Shown: positions 9,957 through 17,986 of the stretch, one piece after another
Position numbering within the stretch: position 1 is the first letter of the stretch
Layout of the letters: every line of letters starts with the position of its first letter
NCBI GenBank assembly: GCA_021498095.1
Contig: JAIZWK010000001.1
Coordinates: 4,226,768 to 4,258,767 of the forward strand
DNA length: 32,000 nt
Source of the DNA: Candidatus Harpocratesius repetitus
GTDB taxonomy: Archaea; Asgardarchaeota; Lokiarchaeia; Sigyniarchaeales; Promethearchaeaceae
Direction: 5' to 3'
Position numbers and translations under genes: made by a program
Notes under the pieces: model-generated
The model's database searches: none
Seen by the model: only the letters and a program-made list of their open reading frames with translations
Told to the model about the DNA's origin: nothing

Positions 9957-10004
9957 CCGTTCACGAAACCATTCACGAAAACGTTCGAGAAACTGTTCAT
10001 GAAA
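9957..10004. repeat. Four tandem 12-bp units with TTC-N2-GAA palindromic cores
   Basis: ccgttcacgaaa / ccattcacgaaa / acgttcgagaaa / ctgttcatgaaa. Confidence 0.8.
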
Positions 10005-10006
10005 AA

Positions 10007-10231
10007 ATGAGCCTAATTATTTACGCTAAACCGCTTAATCTTGAAGAAAATCAAGAAATTAATGAATTATATGCCCACTTGGTAAAATTAGCCGGCGCCA
10101 TCAAATTTACAAGAAAACTTTCTGCTCTAAAAGAAATATTTATTTATGGATTGTTGATCAAGTTGTTGATCGGATCTCTAATCATTTTCGAGATACTAAA
10201 AGGATCAGACATCATGACAACCTATCTTTGA
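10007..10231 (+). CDS. Small hypothetical ORF or gene remnant (74 aa)
   Basis: ORF only; no recognised motif; lies inside the mobile element. Confidence 0.25.
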   Translation: MSLIIYAKPLNLEENQEINELYAHLVKLAGAIKFTRKLSALKEIFIYGLLIKLLIGSLIIFEILKGSDIMTTYL

Positions 10232-10311
10232 TTTCAAGATGCGCGAGTATAGTATAAAAAATCGTCTGTGGAAAGTTTTTTTTTAATCTTCCAATTATTT
10301 TCATTATAATA

Positions 10312-11337
10312 ATGAATCTTTACAAATTGATAAAATCTAATTTAGAAAAAGAAAAAATCCTAGAATTTATTAAGAAAGAATTGGAAATTGGTTTTGATGT
10401 TAGGGCCGATATTAAGTATGCCTTAAGTTGTGCTGCTAAAAATGGACGTTTAGATGTGATTGAATTTTTGCTGGAGCGCAGTGCGGATGTTCATACCGAT
10501 ATAGATCGTGCCTTACAATTGGCTGTCGAATGGGGGGATTTAGATGTGGTTAAATTTTTGGTCGAAAATGGTGCGGATGTTCATGCCGATGATGATTATG
10601 CCTTAAGGCGTGCTGCTGAAGATGGGTGTTTGGAAATGGTTGAATTTTTGGTAGAAAGTGGTGCAGATATTCATGCCGATGATGATTATGCCTTAAGATA
10701 TGCTGCTAAAGGAGGGATTGTGGACGTGGTTAAATTTTTGGTCGAAAATGGTGCGGATATTCATGCCGATAATGATTATGCCTTAAGAATGGGCCTTTTT
10801 CATGAACATTGGAATATTGTTAAATTTTTGGTAGAAAGTGGTGCGGATATTCATGCCGATGATGATTATGCCTTAAGGCGTGCTGCTGAAGATGGGTGTT
10901 TGGAAATGGTTGAATTTTTGGTCGAAAATGGTGCGGATATTCATGCCGATAATGATTATGCCTTAAGGCGAGCTGCTAAAGGAGGGAATGTGGACGTGGT
11001 TAAATTTTTGGTCGAAAATGGTGCGGATATTCATGCCGATAATGATTATGCCTTAAGAATGGGCGTTTTTCTTGAACATTGGAATATGGTTAAATTTTTG
11101 GTAGAAAGTGGTGCGGATATTCATGCCGATGATGATTATGCCCTAAAGTACACTGCCAAAGGATGGTATGTGGACGTGGCCATATTTTTGGTCGAAAATG
11201 GTGCAGATATTAGTGCAATAAAAGAATATAAAGCAATCCTCAGTCAGCTTCGCAAAATATTCGAAAATAAGGGTGATCACAGCAATTTATTAGAAAAAAT
11301 CAACCAATATTTAAAAATTAATAAAATTATCCTTTAA
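10312..11337 (+). CDS. Ankyrin-repeat protein with short 30-aa repeats
   Basis: About 9 repeats of the type ADIHADDDYALRxAAxxGxxxVVKFLVExG on a 90-bp period; intact ORF. Confidence 0.92.
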   Translation: MNLYKLIKSNLEKEKILEFIKKELEIGFDVRADIKYALSCAAKNGRLDVIEFLLERSADVHTDIDRALQLAVEWGDLDVVKFLVENGADVHADDDYALRRAAEDGCLEMVEFLVESGADIHADDDYALRYAAKGGIVDVVKFLVENGADIHADNDYALRMGLFHEHWNIVKFLVESGADIHADDDYALRRAAEDGCLEMVEFLVENGADIHADNDYALRRAAKGGNVDVVKFLVENGADIHADNDYALRMGVFLEHWNMVKFLVESGADIHADDDYALKYTAKGWYVDVAIFLVENGADISAIKEYKAILSQLRKIFENKGDHSNLLEKINQYLKINKIIL

Positions 11338-11391
11338 AACCACCTCAATTAAATAAATTACAATACCAGCAATAATTCCAATCGATATTTG

Positions 11392-11536
11392 CCAATCTTT
11401 GAAAATACAATTGTAACGCATCGATTTAGCCCAAAAATACTCTTTAATGAATGGAATAATTCAGGAATTTGACGAATTTATCAATTACACAAAATTTCGG
11501 AGAAAAAAATATAAAACCGAAGTGTCTGTGAATTGA
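11392..11536 (+). pseudogene. C-terminal ORF remnant at the right end of the 3.47-kb element
   Basis: IVTHRFSPKILFNEWNNSGI*RIYQL...TEVSVN*, homologous to about 4989-5132; the stop lies inside the TIR. Confidence 0.6.
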
Positions 11537-11604
11537 TCCTTCGTCATTAAAAATCGCTAGAAAAAGAAATATTTTTAGAATTTTTTGATAAAATATTCAA
11601 TACT

Positions 11605-12591
11605 ATGAAAAAATGGGGAAGAATAGCATTAATATTTTTTATATTAGTTATCTTGGGTGGAGCTGGTACTTATATATATCTTTTCGATATTTTTGCACCC
11701 AAATCGCAAATATCACAAGCGAGCTTTACCATTAACGGTCAGAACGTGAGTGATTTCTGCTATTTACTTCAATATAACAAGTATAATTCAGCAGAGGATG
11801 CAATCACACAAATGAGCGATACAGAATATGATCTTTTTGTTATTGATATGTATTTTGATGAAAATCCGTGGAGTACAGAACAAATCAGCAATTTAAAAGA
11901 ATCTTTAAGTGAAAATCAAGAACGAATTGTTCTTTGTTATATCTCGATCGGAGAAGCTGAATCCTATCGCCCATATTGGAATGCTTCATGGGATGCAGAT
12001 GAAGATGGAATTCCAGATGATGGTGCACCATCATGGCTGGATCAAGAAAATCCTGACTGGGAAGGCAATTACAAAGTAAGATATTGGGATCCTACATGGC
12101 AAACACTTATTTTTGGAACAAATACTTCATATTTAGATCAAATTATTAATATTGGATTTGATGGAGCTTATTTAGATATTATTGATGCTTTTGAGTATTA
12201 TGAAGAACAAGGCATAGAAGATGCCGCAGAAAGGATGGTGGATTTTGTGACGAATTTATCTTCATATTGTAAAGCGATTAACCCCGAATTTTTAATTGTT
12301 CCGCAAAATGGTGAATATTTAGGTAATTTTGCTAATTACTTAGACGCAATAGACGGTATTGGAAGGGAAGACGTATTTTTTACAGGAAACAGAAGAAATT
12401 CAGCAAGTACAGTCAATGAAACAACTTCCAATTTAGCTTTATTCTTGGAAAAAGGTTGCTTTGTTCTTAATATTGAATATCCCAGTTTTCCAGTATACAT
12501 CAGAAATTCTTATGAATTGGGTGCTCAATATGGATATATTACATATGTTGGACCGCGTGAACTTGATGAAATAGCCTATTATCAAAGATAA
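11605..12591 (+). CDS. MJ1477/TM1410-type putative glycoside hydrolase (GH114/PelA-like endo-alpha-1,4-polygalactosaminidase fold), N-terminally membrane-anchored or secreted
   Basis: CYISIGEAESYRPYW, ENPDWEGNYKVRYWDPTWQ, GFDGAYLD, PQNG and DGIGREDVF; hydrophobic N-terminal segment after KKWGR. Confidence 0.85.
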   Translation: MKKWGRIALIFFILVILGGAGTYIYLFDIFAPKSQISQASFTINGQNVSDFCYLLQYNKYNSAEDAITQMSDTEYDLFVIDMYFDENPWSTEQISNLKESLSENQERIVLCYISIGEAESYRPYWNASWDADEDGIPDDGAPSWLDQENPDWEGNYKVRYWDPTWQTLIFGTNTSYLDQIINIGFDGAYLDIIDAFEYYEEQGIEDAAERMVDFVTNLSSYCKAINPEFLIVPQNGEYLGNFANYLDAIDGIGREDVFFTGNRRNSASTVNETTSNLALFLEKGCFVLNIEYPSFPVYIRNSYELGAQYGYITYVGPRELDEIAYYQR

Positions 12592-12689
12592 AATAGAAAC
12601 TTATCAAATTTTTTGCGATTACAGTTGTTAATACATGCTTTTCATATTAATTCATGAAATTCATTAAATATTTTTCCTTTTTTTTTCTT

Positions 12690-13526
12690 GTGAAGAAAAA
12701 ATTTGTATTAAGTGATCTTGATGGAACCTTATTAGACGAACCAAATGGATTAAGTTTTGAAAATTTGACTAGATTGAACAAATTAATTGATTCGGGTCTT
12801 CAGTTTTCCATTGCCACTGGTCGAGATCTAAAAAAGGCAAAAAAGGTCTTAGCTGGTGTACATTTAAAATATCCTGTAATATTAAATAATGGCGCTTTTT
12901 TAGGAAATTTAAAAACGGGTGAATTTTCTAAAATCACCACTATACCCCGAGAAATCTTTTCCACAATTTTTTCTTGGAGTGAAATGATAAAGTTAAAACC
13001 TATTGTTATGATTAGTTTTGACCAAATAAATAAGAAAGTTAAAATGGAAAAGGGGACATGGGGAAAAAAAGGTATTAAATATCTAACCCAAGATCAAATT
13101 GATAATTTAATTTCGCAAGATATTGTTAGTCTCCAATTTCATGCCCAAAAAGATGATCTTTTCCCTTTTTATCAAAAAATTCTGCAAGAATTTCCTGATC
13201 AAATAAAAATAGTATTTATCGAAGATGTTGGTTATAAAAAACTAAATATTAACGGAGAATGGTTTTGGTTAGAAATTAATGGCCCTAAAGCGGGAAAAGG
13301 AAACATGATGAAAGAATTAGCCATGATGTTCCAATACAAACTTGAAGATTTTGTTGTATTTGGGGATAATATTAATGATCTTGAACTTATGCAAATGGCA
13401 GGACTTAGTGTGGCTGTTGAAGATGCACAACCTGAAATAAAGGAAATTGCAGATGTCATTACTGAAAGCTCAAACAATATGGGTGTGGTTAAATTTATCG
13501 AAAAAAATATTGATGAATTTATTTAG
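12690..13526 (+). CDS. Cof-type HAD-IIB hydrolase
   Basis: DLDGTLL, ATGR, GKG and GDNINDLELM; GTG at 12690 preferred as start. Confidence 0.9.
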   Translation: MKKKFVLSDLDGTLLDEPNGLSFENLTRLNKLIDSGLQFSIATGRDLKKAKKVLAGVHLKYPVILNNGAFLGNLKTGEFSKITTIPREIFSTIFSWSEMIKLKPIVMISFDQINKKVKMEKGTWGKKGIKYLTQDQIDNLISQDIVSLQFHAQKDDLFPFYQKILQEFPDQIKIVFIEDVGYKKLNINGEWFWLEINGPKAGKGNMMKELAMMFQYKLEDFVVFGDNINDLELMQMAGLSVAVEDAQPEIKEIADVITESSNNMGVVKFIEKNIDEFI

Positions 13527-15015
13527 CTTCTTTTGTTGATTCAATTATTTTTTCAGAAAAATTATCTGGGCTACGCAATCGAGCTAAAATATCATCTAAA
13601 CTCTCACCTTCAATTTCTAATGCGATAGTTTTACCATCTGTTTGAACTTTCACAGGAGAATCATCAATATCTGTAATCTTTGGAATATTCCTAACAGATA
13701 TTTTCATATTTTTTGAAATGAGTTTTTCAATTATTTCTTCACCTGATAAATTCCCAATTTCTTGAATTGGAATTGAGTTCAATTCTTCATCAAATTCTTC
13801 ACCGGAAAGAATTCCGCGATACAACAACCCTTGTTGATGAATTTTTTTCTTAATTTCATCAGATGTAAGATCACCACCTACTTTCCCTTCAGATATTTCT
13901 CCCAATCCGTGCATAAGTTCTTGTAAATCAGAAATGATTTCTTCACTTATTTCAGAATTCTTCAATAATAGTATTTCTTGTTCCATTATTCGCGCTTTTT
14001 TAATACGTTCTTCAATATTTGGAATCTGAGCTAAAATTTCAAGTTGTTTACGTCTTTCATTTAAAAGAGATTCTCGTTCTTGCTGCTTAGCAATTTTGAT
14101 TTCGTCATAATGATCTTTAAAATATGTAATACTATAATTAATTAAATCTGCGACATCTCTCCATTCATTTTTTTGAACAAGACTTTCAATCCATAAAAGT
14201 AAATGACGCTTTATTGGAACAGTAATGAGTTTATGGTCGCGAGATACATGTTTTTCAGTATCAGGTGGTTCTAGCAGCCATTTAAAGATATTTGCAATAA
14301 AATCTTGGTTATTTAGGGCAAAAAAACCATATGCAGAAGAAAGAGAAGAGAGCATGGATACAGTAGGTAGTCCAATCACACGACCTTTATAGACTTTAGA
14401 GTAAATTGCCATAATTGATTTCCAGGCATCAACATCTTCAACCCATTCACCATCTATCCATTCAGTACTATAAGCATTAATACTTGATCGTGCTAGAGGT
14501 ATTACGTCTATATTTAGATCAGCAGCGATTAACTGATCGATTTCAATTGAACAAGCACTCGATAGTACAATAGAAGATATATTCCGGGTTGTTGGATGAG
14601 GCTCAAAATCACTGATAATTACTCTCGATTCTTGTCTTTGAAAGTGAACTGAATCATATATAATATTATTTTTATATTTAAAACCAAAAAATTGAGTTAA
14701 TTCTGATAAATTTGAATCTGTTCCAAAATCTCCACCTTCATCATGGAAAATTAATAGATTACCACCTTTACGAACGTACTCTACTAATACTTTTATCTCA
14801 TCTGAACTAAATTTCGATTCCCTAGGTCCACCAATAACCACTAATCGATATTTCTTTAATTTCTTAATATTTGTAAAACCTGCTTGAATTTTTCCTAATC
14901 TAAAGGATGAAGAAAAGAGAAATTGAGTAAAATCTGCATTACTGGGAGATTCAATGGTTAAAGTATTTTGATGGCTGTAATCAAAGCATATCGTATTTTC
15001 TAAAATATTAGGCAT
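13519..15015 (-). CDS. GIFT (GldG/IFT52-like, DUF4350-related) domain plus ribbon-helix-helix-like segment and coiled coil
   Basis: LVVIGGPRESKFSSDEIKVLVEYVRKGGNLLIFHDEGG...SNLSEL...NIFKWLL, then an RHH-like ITVPIKRHLLLWIESLVQKNEWRDVADLINYSI and a charged helical tail. Confidence 0.7.
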   Translation of the reverse strand: MPNILENTICFDYSHQNTLTIESPSNADFTQFLFSSSFRLGKIQAGFTNIKKLKKYRLVVIGGPRESKFSSDEIKVLVEYVRKGGNLLIFHDEGGDFGTDSNLSELTQFFGFKYKNNIIYDSVHFQRQESRVIISDFEPHPTTRNISSIVLSSACSIEIDQLIAADLNIDVIPLARSSINAYSTEWIDGEWVEDVDAWKSIMAIYSKVYKGRVIGLPTVSMLSSLSSAYGFFALNNQDFIANIFKWLLEPPDTEKHVSRDHKLITVPIKRHLLLWIESLVQKNEWRDVADLINYSITYFKDHYDEIKIAKQQERESLLNERRKQLEILAQIPNIEERIKKARIMEQEILLLKNSEISEEIISDLQELMHGLGEISEGKVGGDLTSDEIKKKIHQQGLLYRGILSGEEFDEELNSIPIQEIGNLSGEEIIEKLISKNMKISVRNIPKITDIDDSPVKVQTDGKTIALEIEGESLDDILARLRSPDNFSEKIIESTKEAK

Positions 15016-15109
15016 AGTGGTAATAATCACTTCTATTATTATGCTAAATTATTTATCTTTTTTGAAGCTAAAATAGCTTTCTAATTATCAAAGGATCATT
15101 TTATTATCT

Positions 15110-15652
15110 TTATGATTCAGGAAATTCAACATCTAACCTTTTTTTCTGTCTGAGAAAAATGGTTGGAATCCCTTGTAGCAAAGCTTTTTTTCGTAGTTTC
15201 TTGTCATTAGTGGCTAAATAAATTCTGTAGTTTTTTTTCAGTAATTTTTGATCATTCTTTTTTGTTTTTTCTTCTTTTATAAAACAAAATTTATGAATAA
15301 TCTCTAAAAGAAAATCATCTACAGAAATAGCATGCTGAGATTTATCGGATAGTTTAGAGTAATTTATAGATTGCTCGAATTTAAAAGAATCTCGTTCTGC
15401 TTTAAATATTTCATATTTATGTCGCTCTAATATTTGTCTTGCAAGATTATAATTTTGTCGAAGAACCGTTGACCGCGATTCTTTTGCAATTTTTTCATCC
15501 AATTCAGTAAATACTGCTGAAGGTACAATCAATTTATATGAACCTGGAATCAATTGGTTGAATTGCTCATAAATGTCTATTTTAAATTGGGCAGGAATTA
15601 ATAAAAAATTAGCATCTAAAAAAATATAATAGATTATTGCCATTAAAACCAT
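15110..15652 (-). CDS. PIN-domain nuclease, Fcf1/Utp23-like (archaeal rRNA-processing type)
   Basis: FLDANFLL, VFTEL, VDDFLL and LATNDKKLRKK...GIPTIFLRQKKRL. Confidence 0.85.
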   Translation of the reverse strand: MVLMAIIYYIFLDANFLLIPAQFKIDIYEQFNQLIPGSYKLIVPSAVFTELDEKIAKESRSTVLRQNYNLARQILERHKYEIFKAERDSFKFEQSINYSKLSDKSQHAISVDDFLLEIIHKFCFIKEEKTKKNDQKLLKKNYRIYLATNDKKLRKKALLQGIPTIFLRQKKRLDVEFPES

Positions 15653-15663
15653 TATTTTATTGA

Positions 15664-17202
15664 TTAAATATTATTATAAAAATCTGAAAGTCTTTCTTTT
15701 TCTTTTTTCTTTCGCTCCTTTTCTTCTTCACTAAGATTATCATTTATATTTTCATTGAAAATCGGTTTATCCGTCGTTGGCGGTGCAAATGGTTTTGGTT
15801 CAGTAGTTGGCGGTGCAAATGGTTTTGGTTCAGTAGTTGGCGGTGCAAATGGTTTTGGTTCAGTAGTTGGCGGTGCAAATGGTTTTGGTTCAGTAGTTGG
15901 CGGTGCGAATGGTTTTGGTTCAGTAGTTGGCGGTGCGAATGGTTTTGGTTCAGTAGTTGGCGGTGCAAATGGTTTTGGTTCAGTAGTTGGCGGTGCAAAT
16001 GGTTTTGGTTCAGTAGTTGGCGGTGCAAATGGTTTTGGTTCAGTAGATGGCGGTGCGAATGGTTTTGGTTCCGTAGTTGGCGGTGCAAATGGTTTTGGTT
16101 CCGTAGTTGGCGGTGCGAATGGTTTTGGTTCCGTAGTTGGCGGTGCGAATGGTTTTGGTTCCGTAGTTGGCGGTGCAAATGGTTTTGGTTCAATAGTTGG
16201 CGGTGCGAATGGTTTTGGTTCAGTAGTTGGCGGTGCAAATGGTTTTGGTTCAGTAGTTGGCGGTGCAAATGGTTTTGGTTCAGTAGTTGGCGGTGCAAAT
16301 GGTTTTGGTTCAGTAGTTGGCGGTGCAAATGGTTTTGGTTCAGTAGTTGGCGGTGCGAATGGTTTTGGTTCAGTAGTTGGCGGTGCAAATGGTTTTGGTT
16401 CAGTAGTTGGCGGTGCAAATGGTTTTGGTTCAGTAGTTGGCGGTGCAAATGGTTTTGGTTCAGTAGTTGGCGGTGCGAATGGTTTTGGTTCAGTAGTTGG
16501 CGGTGCAAATGGTTTTGGTTCAGTAGTTGGCGGTGCGAATGGTTTTGGTTCAGTAGTTGGCGGTGCGAATGGTTTTGGTTCAGTAGTTGGCGGTGCAAAT
16601 GGTTTTGGTTCTGAAATTTCAGATTCTACTTTATTAATTTCATCTTTATTAGGAGGTAGTTTTACACCATTTATCTCTAAAACTCGTCGAAATATCATAT
16701 CAAATGCCTTTTTTACTCCTGTTCCATCTTTTGATGAAATTTTTATATGATCAAACATATTCAAAGGTTCTAAAAATTCTTTAGCATATTCATCACTAAC
16801 AGTTATATCTTCAACGCGGTCAAGTTTTGTACCAACAAATAAAATCGGAAGATTTGGATCTTGTTTTCTAATAATATTTACCCATTCTTCTAATCCATCT
16901 AAAGTTCGAAGTCTTGTTAAATCATATAATAAAAGTGCACCCCGTGCACCAGCAACATAAGAATCTAGCATAAATCGAAATCTCTCTTGCCCACCAAAAT
17001 CCCATAGTTGTCCCACAACTTCTACAGAATCTGGATGACCAGGTGGACCAATTGTTGAATTAAGAAGATGAAACTCAACGCCAATTGTCATTGCGGTCTG
17101 TTCTTGAAATTTACCTGTTACGGCACGAGTTAACAGTGTAGTTTTTCCTACACCACCTTGCCCTGCCACGAGGATTTTGAATACGTATTTCTTTTTTTTC
17201 AT
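15664..17202 (-). CDS. Rab-like small GTPase with a 280-aa proline-rich tandem-repeat tail
   Basis: G1 GQGGVGKT, switch I TIGVEF, G3 WDFGGQERFR, GARGALLLYDLT, G4 TKLD, G5 SSK. Start is ATG 17202 (512 aa). No C-terminal Cys. Confidence 0.92.
   Translation of the reverse strand: MKKKKYVFKILVAGQGGVGKTTLLTRAVTGKFQEQTAMTIGVEFHLLNSTIGPPGHPDSVEVVGQLWDFGGQERFRFMLDSYVAGARGALLLYDLTRLRTLDGLEEWVNIIRKQDPNLPILFVGTKLDRVEDITVSDEYAKEFLEPLNMFDHIKISSKDGTGVKKAFDMIFRRVLEINGVKLPPNKDEINKVESEISEPKPFAPPTTEPKPFAPPTTEPKPFAPPTTEPKPFAPPTTEPKPFAPPTTEPKPFAPPTTEPKPFAPPTTEPKPFAPPTTEPKPFAPPTTEPKPFAPPTTEPKPFAPPTTEPKPFAPPTTEPKPFAPPTTEPKPFAPPTIEPKPFAPPTTEPKPFAPPTTEPKPFAPPTTEPKPFAPPTTEPKPFAPPSTEPKPFAPPTTEPKPFAPPTTEPKPFAPPTTEPKPFAPPTTEPKPFAPPTTEPKPFAPPTTEPKPFAPPTTEPKPFAPPTTEPKPFAPPTTDKPIFNENINDNLSEEEKERKKKEKERLSDFYNNI
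15772..16611 (-). repeat. 28 x 30-bp coding tandem repeat (EPKPFAPPTT)
   Basis: Unit GAACCAAAACCATTTGCACCGCCAACTACT on the minus strand. Variants are mostly synonymous (TTT/TTC, ACT/ACG), with one PTI unit and one PST unit. Confidence 0.97.
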
Positions 17203-17952
17203 GAGGGAGCGTCCGTCCTTGTGACTGAATTTTGGATCAGAGAGTTTGAATGTTCTCAAATCTAAGTATAATAATATTATATAGAATGCTGATGATATAA
17301 TAAAATTTTGTTTTTGGATAGGTGTAATTTCTTTGGAAAAACAAAAGACTTTTTCAAAGAGCAAAATACATTTCCGAAAAAAGCTTTTGACGGAAAAAAG
17401 AACCTAAGGAATTTAACTTAGATATTAATTTTTACCAAACACTTGAATTTTCCAATTATTAACGGATGTTGAAAATATTTTAGAAACACAATCCAGTGTT
17501 AGCCCGATTATAGTTAATGATCAATGATTTTCACACAAGGACTATTAGTATTTATTATTTAAATAAATAATTTCGAAATATTAAAAATTTAATCAAAAAT
17601 CAAATTTATCATCATTCATCCTATTTCTATATTTCGTTAGCTCAATAATTGGCATCCCGATCTTTTAGATTATAAAACGAATATAATCAAATCAGAGAAT
17701 AAAATTTAATTAATGCAGGTGAAAAAATTGAATAAAAAATCAGAACTTTCCAATAAATTACGTTGCCATATGTTGGAACCATCATTCTATTTTAAAGTAT
17801 TATAGAATATTCAACTCAATAAATTGATGAATAAAAAACCAGTAAAAAAATTGAATATAAAAAAAAACTTTACTCGACGCACCCTTTTTTTTCACAATTA
17901 ATTTCCTTCCTTCATACAATCCTTCATAGAAATATCAACTCTTAAACCCCTC

Positions 17953-17986
17953 GGAAAGCTATCTGGCCTCCAACAGATAGCTTTCC
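17953..17986 (+). terminator. Perfect 13-bp-stem hairpin followed by a T-rich tract (terminator-like or structured element)
   Basis: GGAAAGCTATCTG-gcctccaa-CAGATAGCTTTCC, then actctttttgtttg. Confidence 0.45.

Larger units (their letters stand above)
8093..11558 (+). mobile_element. 3466-bp TIR-bounded, cargo-carrying transposable element (decayed transposases plus intact ankyrin gene)
   Basis: 28-bp TIRs at 8093-8120 and 11531-11558 (23/28 match; same family as 4604-5154), with the perfect 8-bp direct repeat AGAAAAAG at 8085-8092 and 11559-11566. Confidence 0.85.

Noticed and set aside
9957-10004. Heat-shock element or LexA (Cheo) box
   Set aside because: The GAA-to-TTC spacing is 4 nt; an HSE needs 2 and GAAC-N4-GTTC needs 6.
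10561-11200. Ankyrin variable positions as a diversity-generating retroelement target
   Set aside because: No reverse transcriptase or template repeat is in the window, and differences between units are not confined to adenines.
15089-15100. AAAGGATCA as another copy of the 28-bp TIR
   Set aside because: Only the short core matches; the TATTTTTAA outer part, a partner TIR and a TSD are all missing.
15744-16598. Minus-strand ORF of HRQLLNQNHL repeats
   Set aside because: Alternative frame of the same tandem repeat; substitutions that are silent in the GTPase frame change residues here.
15772-16611. 30-bp repeats as a CRISPR array
   Set aside because: The units are head-to-tail with no spacers, lie in a coding frame, and no cas genes are present.
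15755-16750. Plus-strand ORF of GANGFGSVVG repeats, resembling FG-nucleoporin repeats
   Set aside because: It is the antisense shadow of the GTPase tail. Its third codon positions coincide with those of the real frame, so it stays open passively. The minus frame is fused to an intact G domain, and the one informative substitution is conservative there (T to S) but radical here (V to D).
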